This document shows positions 1 through 11,314 of a stretch of 25,685 bases of DNA, piece by piece. Position numbers and translations under genes: made by a program. The notes under the pieces are model-generated. The model had not been told where the DNA came from. It saw nothing but the letters and a program-made list of their open reading frames with translations, and made no database searches. Every line of letters starts with the position of its first letter. The stretch's first letter is position 1. Where the stretch lies: NCBI GenBank assembly GCA_024626585.2, contig JANKJI020000004.1:143853497-143879181 (forward strand), given 5' to 3'. The DNA comes from Ginkgo biloba (Eukaryota > Plantae > Ginkgophyta).

Positions 1-129
1 TAGTAGATAGATGCATTGACTCAACATAATTACTTATTGCTATGGCAAATAAAATAGATGCAAGTCACCCTATAAACTGTGCAATTACCACCCATACATG
101 GACCGAGCATTGCCAACTCTTTGGAGGAG

Positions 130-790
130 CTTAGAGTGATTAGGGTAGACACTAATTCAAAAATAAATGCTCTTGAGAGGACCATAGATGCAAAGAGGTT
201 GAACGAATGAATGTAGGATGTGGAGGCATATTTCAACACTCAAGGATTTAATGATTTACAAAATGTCAACTTCACTAAGTTAAGGATCATTAAGTATGCC
301 TTGTCTTGGTGGTAGTATTATAGTCACTAACCAAAAAATACAAAAGTTATAATATGGGAGTAATTGAAGGCATTACTTAAGAGTAAGTTTTACCCTCTTA
401 GGTATATGAGTGAGATGTATAAACTAGGTATATGAGTTAGATGTATAAAATGTAGTAGTAATTAAAATGGGAAAATAACCAAACTATGAAATAATATATA
501 AACATTTTTTACAAGTTAATAATTAATATTAATATATAAGAGGCTAAAGATAAATGGTCTTGAAGTTCAAAGAAGTACTTCATATTACTATTTAGTAGGA
601 TATTGATCTATATGAAATTATCACCTTGGATAAAGCTTACAACTTTTCTAAAAAGATTGAGTTAAGGGTTAGGAGAAATTTTATACCAAAGGAGAAGAAG
701 AAACAAGAGGAAAAATCACCTTATAATAATAACAACTACAAAACCAAGGGCATGAGAGGACATAATTTTATGGCCTCTGGGGTGGAAAAC
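130..790 (+). mobile_element. gag: Degenerate Ty3/gypsy LTR-retrotransposon gag (Retrotrans_gag-like) remnant
   Basis: Manual translation from 181: TIDAKRLNE*M*DVEAYFNTQGFNDLQNVNFTKLRIIKYALSWW*...IIWE*LKALLKSKFYPLRYM. After frameshifts it continues VLKFKEVLHITI**DIDLYEIITLDKAYNFSKKIE. This matches the gag pattern W...E.YF...A..WW...W..LK......FYP..Y. Multiple stops and a ~26-bp internal tandem duplication at ~399-449. Confidence 0.85.
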
Positions 791-834
791 CATTATAGGA
801 TGGAGCAAGGATAATATTATTCTATTCAATGTAT

Positions 835-1560
835 CTAATTCCCTAACACTAATACAACAAGGAGTGTACCTATTATAAAAATCACACTAGTTTTAGGGCC
901 TAAGGGGGTTAATATTAGCTGCATTATTTCCTTGGTATTGATATTGATTGTCCCTCCTAAGTTTATTTTAAACTTAAACATTATTATTATAATTATTCCA
1001 CTCACATCCTTTATTTCCTCAAATATCATTTCTTCTATTTTGGTTTTGAATAGCGGTCCACTAATTAATTTTATTAATATTATTANNNNNNNNNNNNNNN
1101 NNNNNNNNNNNNNNNNNNNNNNNNNNNNNNNNNNNNNNNNNNNNNNNNNNNNNNNNNNNNNNNNNNNNNNNNNNNNNNNNNNNNNCTATTTTGGTTTTGA
1201 AGAGGGGTCCCCACATTAAGTTTATTAATATTATTAGGTTCAGGATTGGGATTGAGAGGATCTTGGGTAGTGTTAGATACCAAATTAACTTATGGGATAA
1301 GTGATTATTGAGTTGTATAGTTAGTTTAACTCAAAATTATCTCCCTAAAATGTTGGTGATGAGGAGGTTAAGGAGTGATATTAAAGAAAATACCAACCAT
1401 CCCATATCTAATCATATAAATATCATAAGAAGAATCACATGGTGGTAAATGATAAGTGGCTAATGTATTAACCAGTTTAATAGGCATTTGGGGTGTAAAA
1501 TATTTGTGGGAAGGTATGGAAATAAGATACTTCTCTTAAACATATCAATTTTTTCTATAA
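835..1560 (-). repeat. Diverged tandem duplicate of the gag C-terminal segment at 1560-2020 (interrupted by gap 1086-1185)
   Basis: Colinear similarity, e.g. AAAAATCACAC...GGGCCTAA (877/1602), ATACCAAATTAACT (1277/1861), ATAGTTA.TTTAAC (1317/1901), TGGTAAATGA.AAGT.GC (1443/2001). Confidence 0.75.
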
Positions 1561-2550
1561 CTGCAAAAATAAATCCTCTTTATCATGAGTATCCCTACTA
1601 AAAAAATCACACCACTCTTGGGGCCTAACATGGTTATTATTAGGTGGATTACTCCCATAGTCTTGTTCTTGATTATTCCTCCTATGTTGATTTTGACCTT
1701 GGTGGTTATTATTATCATTATTTCATCCCTTTCATCTATTTATTGTGCTATTATTCCTCTTATTTGGATTTTGAAGAGGGTTCTAATAATTAGCTTCACT
1801 AGGATTATTAGGTTGAGGAATGAAATTAGATGCTCTTGGGGGTTTCTGGAGTAGTATTTAATACCAAATTAACTGAGAAACTAGGGGGTTGTTGAGCTCT
1901 ATAGTTAATTTAACCTGATATATTTTGGGATAAGGTTGTTGGTGAAGAGACCAATCACCCCATAATTAGCCATATTGAGATTAAAGAAAGTATCGCATCA
2001 TGGTAAATGAGAAGTAGCTTAAAAAATAAGGGAGTGGGTATTTTTAGTGGGACCATTTCCAACTAAATGGAATTACTTTAAATAAAATTCTAACAATAAT
2101 ACTTCCCTAATGATGGATGACATGGAAATAGTGTTTACATAATAATCTCTCAAAAAACCACCTACTCAGTTCCTTTACATTGAAATATGAACACCTCACT
2201 CTAGCTACCATCCCATTTTTAATTTGTTGGGAGATTAAGATTGTGGTCATGCTTCATTGTGACCAATAACTTAGTGGAATTAATATATGGGATACAGATT
2301 TTAAATTGTATAAATAACTTGTCCCTTAATCAATCTAAAGTAAAATTTGATCGATGGAATAATTGCATAAACCACATGGTGGCTTCTTTAGCTAGAAAAT
2401 ATTGAAACAGACTCAATCATATGGACTCATAATGTGCACGATAATTGAATCAAATCTTAAACTTACTAATATAAAGTTGAGGGTTCTCATCATCCATTTA
2501 CAATAATTTTGGTATATTAGAGGGGTATTTAATTGGTAAAAGGTGGCTAA
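1560..2550 (-). mobile_element. gag: Degenerate Ty3/gypsy gag (non-chromovirus style) with N/Q/P-rich tail and decayed zinc knuckle
   Basis: Minus strand ~2540-2290 reads PSNIPKLL*MDDENPQLYISKFKI*...LSLFQYFLAKEATMWFMQLFHRSNFTLD*LRDKLFIQF, matching the gag core LF..L..EA..WF..L...S...L...F..QF. Downstream ~1715-1570 reads NNNHQGQNQHRRNNQEQDYGSNPPNNNHVRPQEWCDFFSRDTHDKEDL, a CX2CX4HX4C spacing with two Cys lost. Confidence 0.72.
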
Positions 2551-2767
2551 GAAGGATAATGAACTATAAGATCATTAGACAAGGCACTTCCACTAGATGA
2601 TTATGTTCCTTATAATAAAGGAAGACACGTGGTATGCTTTGGAGGTTTGGTTGGAGGAGGTTATACTACCTACCATGAATAAAATATTATAAGGTATATA
2701 GTTCCAAGCTTGAAATCGATTTCCTTATAATGGACCATGTGAATAATACGGTGGATTTGTACTAGAG

Positions 2768-3425
2768 TGTTGGTGATATGAAATAATAATTATCTTTGTT
2801 GGGTTAATTATTCTTTCAACCAATAAATTATTAATTATTCAATGTTTTATAAGGTTTGTGTGATTAAGGCCATATAATTCACTTAGATTGATAAATCTAA
2901 TTAATTAAGTAATTAATTAGGATTAGAGTAATTAATCACCTATCTTATTATTGGAAAGTGGGTGCACACTCTTTATCCACTATCCATTTAGGATACAACA
3001 CTTGCATGTGTGCACACACTTTATCTATTATCCATTTAAAATAGGTCACTTACATGCATGCATAGTCTTTTGTCCACCATCTAACTAGGACAAGTCACTT
3101 TCCATGCATGTAATGTGAGATAGTGATGTATTTAGAATATTCTTCATTTAGATTTAGGATTTTCTAAGTTAGAACTTAAGAAGTCTTATAAATAATTATA
3201 AATGATCCCATTCTCACTAATGGAGAGTTTTCTCACACGTGTAAGGAAAGTTAGAAAAANNNNNNNNNNNNNNNNNNNNNNNNNNNNNNNNNNNNNNNNN
3301 NNNNNNNNNNNNNNNNNNNNNNNNNNNNNNNNNNNNNNNNNNNNNNNNNNNNNNNNNNNATACCATTCACCAATGCCTTCTAAGTATTCTTTAATAGAGT
3401 CACCAAATCTGGGGGGTTTTATACA
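2768..3425 (+). mobile_element. LTR-like sequence (possible solo LTR; spans gap 3260-3359)
   Basis: Starts TGTTGG (2768) and ends CACCAAATCTGGGGGGTTTTATACA (3425). Non-coding, with internal tandem repeats and a TATA-like TTATAAATA at ~3187. No target-site duplication seen. Confidence 0.45.
2962..3110. repeat. Three diverged 48-bp tandem units
   Basis: Units begin at 2962, 3010 and 3058: (G/A)TGCA....CTTT.TC.A..ATC.A.T...A.....CACTT.CATG. Confidence 0.8.
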
Positions 3426-3559
3426 ATGTATTAGGGGAAAAACCTAATACATAAATCTATCATTTATCACATATTAATAGGCCTTATATTTATACCTCCA
3501 AATTTTGGAAAACCAAAACTACATAGGTAGTTCCTTCTCCTCCTTATTTACCTGATTAT

Positions 3560-3725
3560 AGTAGAAACCTAAAATTCCTAATAAGTAATACCATTTTAAG
3601 GAATTATAATCTTTTGAAATGTCTAATTTGAGAACTATGGCCTCCTTATTTTCCACACTTGATGTATATACCCATGAAGACATGTGCATTACTAGAAGAA
3701 TACCATGGCTTACATTTCTTCTTGC
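3560..3725 (-). mobile_element. L1-clade LINE reverse transcriptase fragment
   Basis: ORF 3519..3734(-) contains RNVSHGILLVMH...KEAIVLKLDISKDYNSLKWYYLLGILGF, matching the plant L1 RT motif R.I.D.I....E..H....KLD.SKAYD.V.W.FL....GF. Confidence 0.8.
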
Positions 3726-4029
3726 TTCTTGCAAGCATCATATTGCCTAAGGTGGATAAAGATATTAAAAGTAGGGCAGTTTTGCCTTTCTTCCTAACTT
3801 CAGATGAGTCAACTTCCTCTGCCTTAACACGTTTTTCCTTGCCTTGCCTTGCCTTAGGACTGCAGGACACAGTTTGGAAATGGTTTGTGGACTCTGACTC
3901 TCCTAATCTCTCTACTTCAATGAGTACGTTAAATAGGGGGACTTCTTCATGGAGACATCTTAAGGCAATTTGATCTTATCAGAATCTAGTACAGTCTAGA
4001 AAGAAACTTGGGTAACACTTTGGTCTGAA

Positions 4030-4560
4030 TCAGACTCGAATGCATAGCTGAAAAAACACAAGACAAAAACCTAAAAACAAATGAAAAAAAGAATTAAACG
4101 ATAAACCTAAGGTCTTTTTTTAATTTCACTTAGCCCTTTCTCCCTTAAATCACGGTCGTGTGGAGACCCCTTAGACCATATGGAGGAGCTAAGATCATGA
4201 CGAATGGGGCTAGAGACATTTTTCCACGTCCTGACAGATAATTTTCATCATTTAAACACGTAATTTCAACAAGGACAAGACCGTAATCATTCAAGATACT
4301 TGCCCCTCCTCCTTCAGGGGTTTAAAAACAAAAAAAAAAATCAATTTTAAACCAAAATTCATAAAAAGATGTTAAAAATTTTTAATCCCAAAGGGATTTT
4401 AAAGTCCTATTTCGTACTTTCGATCTCCTCATAGGCGTATCCCCACCCACATTTTCTCCCCAGTTACTATAACGACACGAAATTTTATTAAAAATTTTAA
4501 AAAATAGAGGTTGTTGACGCGGACTTTTGTCGCAGCGTGTCAGCGGGCGCGCAGTGGCAT
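4030..4560 (-). promoter_or_regulatory. CpG-rich island; candidate promoter/5' UTR with intron of a minus-strand transcript
   Basis: Roughly 20 CpGs by eye in ~530 bp, against near absence in flanks, with a core GACGCGG...GTCGCAGCGTGTCAGCGGGCGCGC at 4516-4552. The minus strand shows a T-rich tract ending TTTTTTCAG (acceptor at 4048) and a GCAAGT/GTATCT donor-like site at 4303/4299. Confidence 0.45.
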
Positions 4561-4999
4561 TTTTTAGTGTCAACACAAGCAAAGACAAATTCACCTTAAA
4601 AATGCACCTTTATGATGAATATGTGATGGCAACAAATACACCTTTGGATTGAAGAGACAATGGCCAATGCACCTAACAAAATAATCTATAAAAAAAACAT
4701 TTACTAGTGATCAAGATGCCAATGAAGCTCATATAAGTGATGGATCTCTAATGAAACAATCATTTTTCTCTATACAATGGTTAATTTGGATAACCATCCT
4801 TACGCATTATTTTTTCTCTATACCATGATTAATTTGATAATGATCCCACAATGGTGACAACGATCAAGGTAAGATGGCAACAATAATAAAAAAAATCTAT
4901 ATGTGACATAATAATAATCACTATACTAATTAATTTTTTTTGGAGATTCAAAATATTTTTTTTTATAATAATTCAAAATTTTATCCTTTTGTTTATTCT

Positions 5000-5680
5000 T
5001 TAAGGGGGGATTGTGAACATGGCAATTTTCTTAATAATATAATATAGATAATTAAATTTTATTATTTTTATTATTTTATGAATTCTAAATTTAAATAATT
5101 TAACTATATCACAATGTAATATCAATCTTGTTGTTAGTGTTGGATGTATTATGATTATAAATGCTAACAATGTACAAAATTACAATGAAAATTAATAGTT
5201 AATGTTAACTATTAATAAAAACTAAAAATGTACAAAATTATAATGAACATTAATAATTAATGTTAATTATTAATGAAAAATAACAATGTACAAAATTATA
5301 ATGAAAATTAATAATTAATGTTAATTATTAATGAAAACTAACAATGTACAAAATTTAAATATGTTAAAATGTTAATGAAAATTATTAATTATTGTTAATT
5401 TTTAGTGAACATTATTATTAAGGGTGGGGGCGGGGGCCATATGTTGCAAACATGGATTTTTTTTTAATAATATAATATAGATAATTGAATTTTATTATTT
5501 TTATTATGTTATGAATGTTAAATTTAAATAATTTAACTTTATTAAAATATGATATCAATCCTTTTGTTGGTGTTGCATGTATTGTGAATTATGTATGCTA
5601 ACAATGTACAAAATTTAACTATGTTGAAATGTCGATGTAAATTAATAATTAGTGTTAATTGTTAGTGAACATTATTGTTA
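5000..5680. repeat. AT-rich nested tandem array: ~433-bp higher-order duplication containing 58-bp units
   Basis: 58-bp units AACAATGTACAAAATTATAATGAAAATTAATAATTAATGTTAATTATTAATGAAAACT start at 5166, 5224, 5282 and (partial) 5340. The block AATAATATAATATAGATAATT... occurs at 5033 and 5466, each preceded by a G-run. Confidence 0.9.
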
Positions 5681-5689
5681 CCAATCCTA

Positions 5690-6052
5690 TTTTTTACACT
5701 CAAATTTTAAATAGTTTTAATAATGCTAACATTAATAATTTTATTATTTCAAAATCTATATTTACTAGATGAAATATTTTATTAAGAGAATCATGCTCAT
5801 TATTATTCATTTATTAAATTCTCAATTGTTCATGAGAAAATTAAAAAACAAGGTTATTATTTAATTTTTTTTATTATTAACACTTAATATCATTATTATT
5901 AATACCCCTAACCCTTATTATTTGATTCTTTGCACTCAAATTTTAAATATTTCTAATAATGCCAACATTGAAATAATTTTATTAATTTTAAATTATATAT
6001 TTAATAAATGCATTATCTACAAATGTGTTGGGTGTTATTAAAAGAATCATTG
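5690..6052. repeat. Diverged ~100-bp direct duplication
   Basis: CACTCAAATTTTAAATA...AATAATGC.AACATT...TTATTAA.AGAATCAT at ~5697-5795 and ~5933-6050. Confidence 0.7.
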
Positions 6053-6414
6053 ATATTTTGAACAATGACAAGGGGGGCCAACGGGACTCCAACCAAAATC
6101 CCAAACTCAACAAAAGTGGGTGGAGATCAAGACCCAACCAAAGGGTAAATCACTTCATTTATCCATTTAATAGGTGGGTGCATCTATCAATTGAAAAATC
6201 CCCACCCCCACTATGGATGAATGAAAGAGGGGGACTATTCAAAGATTAACCCCAACCAAAATGATCCATATTTTCAGTGGGTGAGTCAAAATCTCCTAAT
6301 GTAATTAACTACGGNNNNNNNNNNNNNNNNNNNNNNNNNNNNNNNNNNNNNNNNNNNNNNNNNNNNNNNNNNNNNNNNNNNNNNNNNNNNNNNNNNNNNN
6401 NNNNNNNNNNNNNN

Positions 6415-6760
6415 CCTCGGCTCTTTAAATAAATCCATTATATTGATTTAATATATAGTTAACTATAATCACTTCTCCTTGAGGATGACTTTAAACTTGT
6501 ACGTCTCTCTAAATAATGTGAAAACCAACTAACTAAACTATTAACTTTTGGTTGATTTCTCCCACTATTCACAAAATGTAATGAATATTTATAGCTTATA
6601 AATCTATTGTGGAAATGTTGATATAAATTATTACATTTATATGCTACCATGCTACTCAATGACAATTGAAAATCCAATAATGGTAAGAATATTAACAATC
6701 AATGCATGAAAATTTATATGTTGGTGAGATAAAGATATTTTCGTGGACGATATAAAAAAG
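6415..6760. repeat. Copy 1 of a ~345-bp diverged direct repeat (unclassified TE fragment)
   Basis: Colinear with 9125-9468. About 15 mismatches in the first ~98 aligned bases, mostly transitions. Left end cut by a gap. Confidence 0.88.
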
Positions 6761-9124
6761 TCGTTAGAAGATGCACATAAAACCTTTAAGAACTAAATAT
6801 AAATTATTGTCATTATATCTAGTAAGACAATTAAGAGATCTTCCATAGTATCTTTGGGGCTAACAAAGGCTTTACAGTCTATCTTGCTTTGTACATAAAA
6901 TTTGCATTGAATAAATGATTTTTTTTCCACAAAACTATTTATTTTCTGTACTTTCTCTTCTATGTGGTTTTAATATGATAAATGTTATTTTTATTTTATA
7001 AGTATTATGGGAGGAATTCTATTAAAAAGAGAAAGTTAATATTGGATATAATACATACATACACACATACCTTATAAGGGATTATAATCCTAGGAGGGTT
7101 TAACACATTAAAGAGGACGTCATATAGCCTTCAAATCTTAGAGGGGCTATGACCTAAAGGTTTATTTACAAGGATAGCCTTGATATTATGCTTATATCTC
7201 ATCTTATCCTATACATTTTAAAGTTTTTACTTAACTAATATTTTTCTCCTAGGTGTCACTTACATGCACCATTTATGACTTAAGAGAAAAGGACTCCTTG
7301 CATGGATAAAAGTCCTAAATTAAATGAATGGTTACATGCTTATCTTTATATATTGGAATGCTTAATTATGGACCATGCTATATCTTTTTAAAAGAGCCTT
7401 GGCTTATGTGTTAGTACACTCTACTTCCATCATTCTTGTCTTCTTATCTAAAGCTTGTGAGAGAATTTAATTAGTGAAATATTCCTTTCTCTATCTAATC
7501 TCCTTCTTTATATCCTAAATATTCTTAAGATTCTCTACATATATAATCCTATAACCCTCTAAAAATATATAATATGTTCTATTTAAGGTATTTGCGTATA
7601 GAATCAAACCTTCTTATTGAACTTAAAAGTGCTCAAAAGGATAAAATATTTTAGTTTAGAGAGTTCTAAGCCATTATGATGTTACCATGGACATAAATTA
7701 AGAAAAATAATAATCATAATTTTTAAGGATTTCTTCTTTATTTTGTCATTCAATCTAGAAGTAAAAATTAATCATAAGATTAATAGACTTTATACTATAT
7801 TAGGCCATATAGATGCAACATAGAAATCGAGGCAAAAATCAAATCTTATGTTTGGGTTAAAACTTGGTTAGTAAGTATATTTTATTATGCTAATCACTTT
7901 TATATTTTGAAACATTTTTTATTTTAGCTTGATTTAGTTAATGTTGCATATCAATCCCTAGTAAAATGATACAAGGTGAAAACACCTCAAAAGATAAAGT
8001 ACAGTGGTTATTTATGCATAAAAATGTTTACGATGTAAAGAATGCATAAAGAAATCAAAATAATATGCCATTACATGAAAGATAAGATAACATATAAAAA
8101 AAAAATGATGCGTTCTTATTATTGATCTTCAAAGTCCTCCCCATCCCTTAGGGGGGAAGAAAATGAATAAGATGTTGTAGACACAAAATAAGAAGATCCC
8201 CACTTTTACCTACATATAAAAGGGGTATATATAAGATGATGGTGATCTTGGAAGTTGACTCGAGAAGTGCCACAAAGGTAAGTTATGTGGGAGAAGGTGC
8301 TAAAAAGGGTGATAATATATGCCCCCCAAACACTAAGGTCCATGTGAATGCAATGAATGAAGGGAAGAACATATTAAGGAAGAGATCTACTCCATTAAAA
8401 AATAGAACAATATGAAAGAGGATCCACATAAATATGGATAGGTCCCATATTCATGGGTATAATACAACGATAGTGTGTGTATATGATTAATAGAGGAAAA
8501 TAAAAATGGGAGGATAAATGTAGAAGATGTAGTAAGGTATGAACTATGGAGTTGATACTGGTGTTGTAGATATTTTTATTATATGTTATAATATACCATT
8601 GAAAAATGAACCTACTAATCTACTACTAAAAATTTGTCAAAAGTGCAATCAATAGTTGTTTATCAAGGTGGGTTTGCCCACAAAGTATTGATCACCAACA
8701 AAAGAAAAACTATTACTGGAAATAAAATGCTACTACTTAAAAAGGATGTCAATTAATGGTCCATTACTAAAATATTGTATTTGTGTATTATTATAAAGAA
8801 TGGATACTTGGATGATGTTATGATGCCCCCATGTCCATATCTAGTGGACAGTGGTTGGTGTGAAAGATAATAAGAATAACTAGAATATAAGGTTTGTAAG
8901 ATGTAAATTGTATAAGCTAGTATAAGGTGATCCAAAAGCCAATTGTATAAAAACTAGATGTATAATTGATCTTTCTTTACAATCTATAGTCTAGTTAATT
9001 ATTGTCCCTTGCTTGGGGTTTATATGAGGAAAATTGCTATAATATTTTTGTTGTGAGGTTGGCATTGATGTGAATTGTTGATGCTTTTTTTGAAGTCATT
9101 CTTGTGGTGATTGTGGTAATTCCT

Positions 9125-9468
9125 TAGCTATTTAAATAAAACCCTCATATTGATTAAATATATAGTTAGCTAGAATCACTTCTCCTTTAGTATGACCTTA
9201 AACTTGTATGCCTCTTTGAACAATATGAAAACTAACTGATTAAATGGTTACCCTTTAGGTATTTTCTCCCACCATTCACCAAGTATAAAGAATATATATA
9301 GCTTGTAAGTATATTATGAAGATGATAGGATAAAATATTTAATCTATACACCTCCATGCTAATCAACAATAGTTAAAAACCTACTGATGGTAAGAATATT
9401 GACAATAGATTCATAAAAAATTATATGTTGGTGAGACAAAGATGTGCCATGGATGATATGGAAAAGTA
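9125..9468. repeat. Copy 2 of the ~345-bp diverged direct repeat
   Basis: Shares AATCACTTCTCCTT, TTAAACTTGTA, ATGGTAAGAATATT and TTATATGTTGGTGAGA with 6415-6760. Confidence 0.88.
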
Positions 9469-9864
9469 ATTTTCATATGCACCTATTCCACGATCAATTT
9501 ATAGTCAGCATTCCACACTGGTGTTCTTAAAAACTCAAAATTATTCGTTCTTGAATGGCATAGGGATTTGATCTAATTAAGCAAATCTAAAGTCTACCTT
9601 TCTCTAAAGGTTATTGTAGTAGATAAAATATATTTTGTTATTGAACCATCCATAGAAATAAATGATAAATCAATATAAGAGAATCAATGCTAATAGAATC
9701 TTGAAATAATACAAAAAGGAAATAATAAGATCATATCCACAAGAATACATAAGAGATTTACCCTNNNNNNNNNNNNNNNNNNNNNNNNNNNNNNNNNNNN
9801 NNNNNNNNNNNNNNNNNNNNNNNNNNNNNNNNNNNNNNNNNNNNNNNNNNNNNNNNNNNNNNNN

Positions 9865-10740
9865 TAATTATATTCACAAAATTCAATTATGAATGTTTGG
9901 ATGTTGATAATAATTATTAAGTATCATTTAAATCACTAACATTAAAAAAATGTATTTAGCATGACTTTAAAATTTTTATTTCTCACTATTATTAACATTT
10001 TAACTATTAGCATTAACCATTCACTAACATTAAAATTGTTATATTGATAACACTCATAGTGGCAGTCCATCCAAAGAATTAATTGGTTAAATTATTTAAA
10101 TAGACAAACATTGAAAAAATATTACATAATAAAAATAATAAAATTCATTAACCATTCACTAACATTGATTAAAATTTTTGTTAACTATTTAACCATTCAT
10201 TAACATTAATTATCATACTAATTAAATTTTTACATTGATAGTATTTACAATTGTAAGCCATCCATTACTAAAGAGGATTAATTGGTTAAATTATTTAAAT
10301 TGACAAACATTGTAAATATATTACATAATAAAAATAATACAATTCATTAACCTTTCATCTCACTAACATTAATAATGGCAATCCATGTAATACATTAATT
10401 AGTTAAATAACATTAACCATTCATTAATATTAATAATGGGAATCCATCCAATACCAAAGAGGATTAATTTGTTAAATTACTTGGATCAACAAATATTGCA
10501 AAATATCACATAATAAAAATAATAACATTTCATCTCATTAAAATTAACCATTGACTAACATGAATAATGGCAATCCATCTAATATAATAATTGGTTAAAT
10601 TATTAAATCAAAAAATATTATACAAATATTATATAATAAAATTCATTAATTAATCATCGGTAACCATTCACTAACATTTTTAACACTAATTAACATTTTT
10701 TTTAATCATGCACTAATTTTAATTAGCATTTTGTTGAATA
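9865..10740. repeat. AT-rich tandem sub-repeat array, reverse-complement relative of 5000-5680
   Basis: Recurring AATTGGTTAAATTATTTAAAT (10081, 10280, variants ~10466, 10589), ACATAATAAAAATAATA and AACCATTCACTAACATT motifs. Confidence 0.88.
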
Positions 10741-11314
10741 ATTTCTCTATGGGAAATTTACACCTCGCATACCCTTATAACCTCATATTATAACCTCACA
10801 TTATGATTGGAAGGTTCATGGAAAGGAAGATCATTAAAAGTAGTAGTAAGGGATAATCATAGGTTTTTTAATTAATAATACATCTACAACAGGGGGAACT
10901 TGGCCCCCATATTATTGCCTTAACATATATTTTTCTATGATATAATATTTTTATATAATTTTAGCCCCTTTTTACGTTAATTTAACATTTTATTTGAGCT
11001 CACAAGTTTATATGCAATTTATCTATATTAGCCTTAACAAGTGCCATTTGTTGATTATTACCATAACTATGTTATATGTTTAATCAACATATTTATAGAA
11101 TCACATAAACCCCCCCTCACACACATACACATAGATAATAGAAACAAAATTAATGATCGAGTAAAAATAAATTTCTTATTATGTTTATAAATATTTTTAC
11201 ATCTTATAAATCGTAAGATTTAAGGAATAAATTTTAATTAACTTGAGGAAAATTTTGACATGTCATTAAAAAATGTGGTGGTTTACTAAATTTCCATTAT
11301 TTAAAATGATGACA

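Noticed and set aside
932-1854. Hydrophobic Ile/Leu-rich ORFs (932..1219, 1585..1854) as membrane proteins
   Set aside because: They are antisense readings of the Asn/Gln-rich gag tail.
3659-3973. 104-aa + strand ORF as a gene
   Set aside because: Non-ATG start, overlaps an antisense LINE RT fragment, and no recognisable domain.
7943-8560. Reverse-orientation LTR
   Set aside because: Composition is LTR-like, but no defined termini, PBS/PPT or partner copy could be supported.
6415-9468. LTR pair of a small (TRIM/LARD-like) element
   Set aside because: No TG...CA termini, PBS, PPT or TSD recognisable at the repeat edges.
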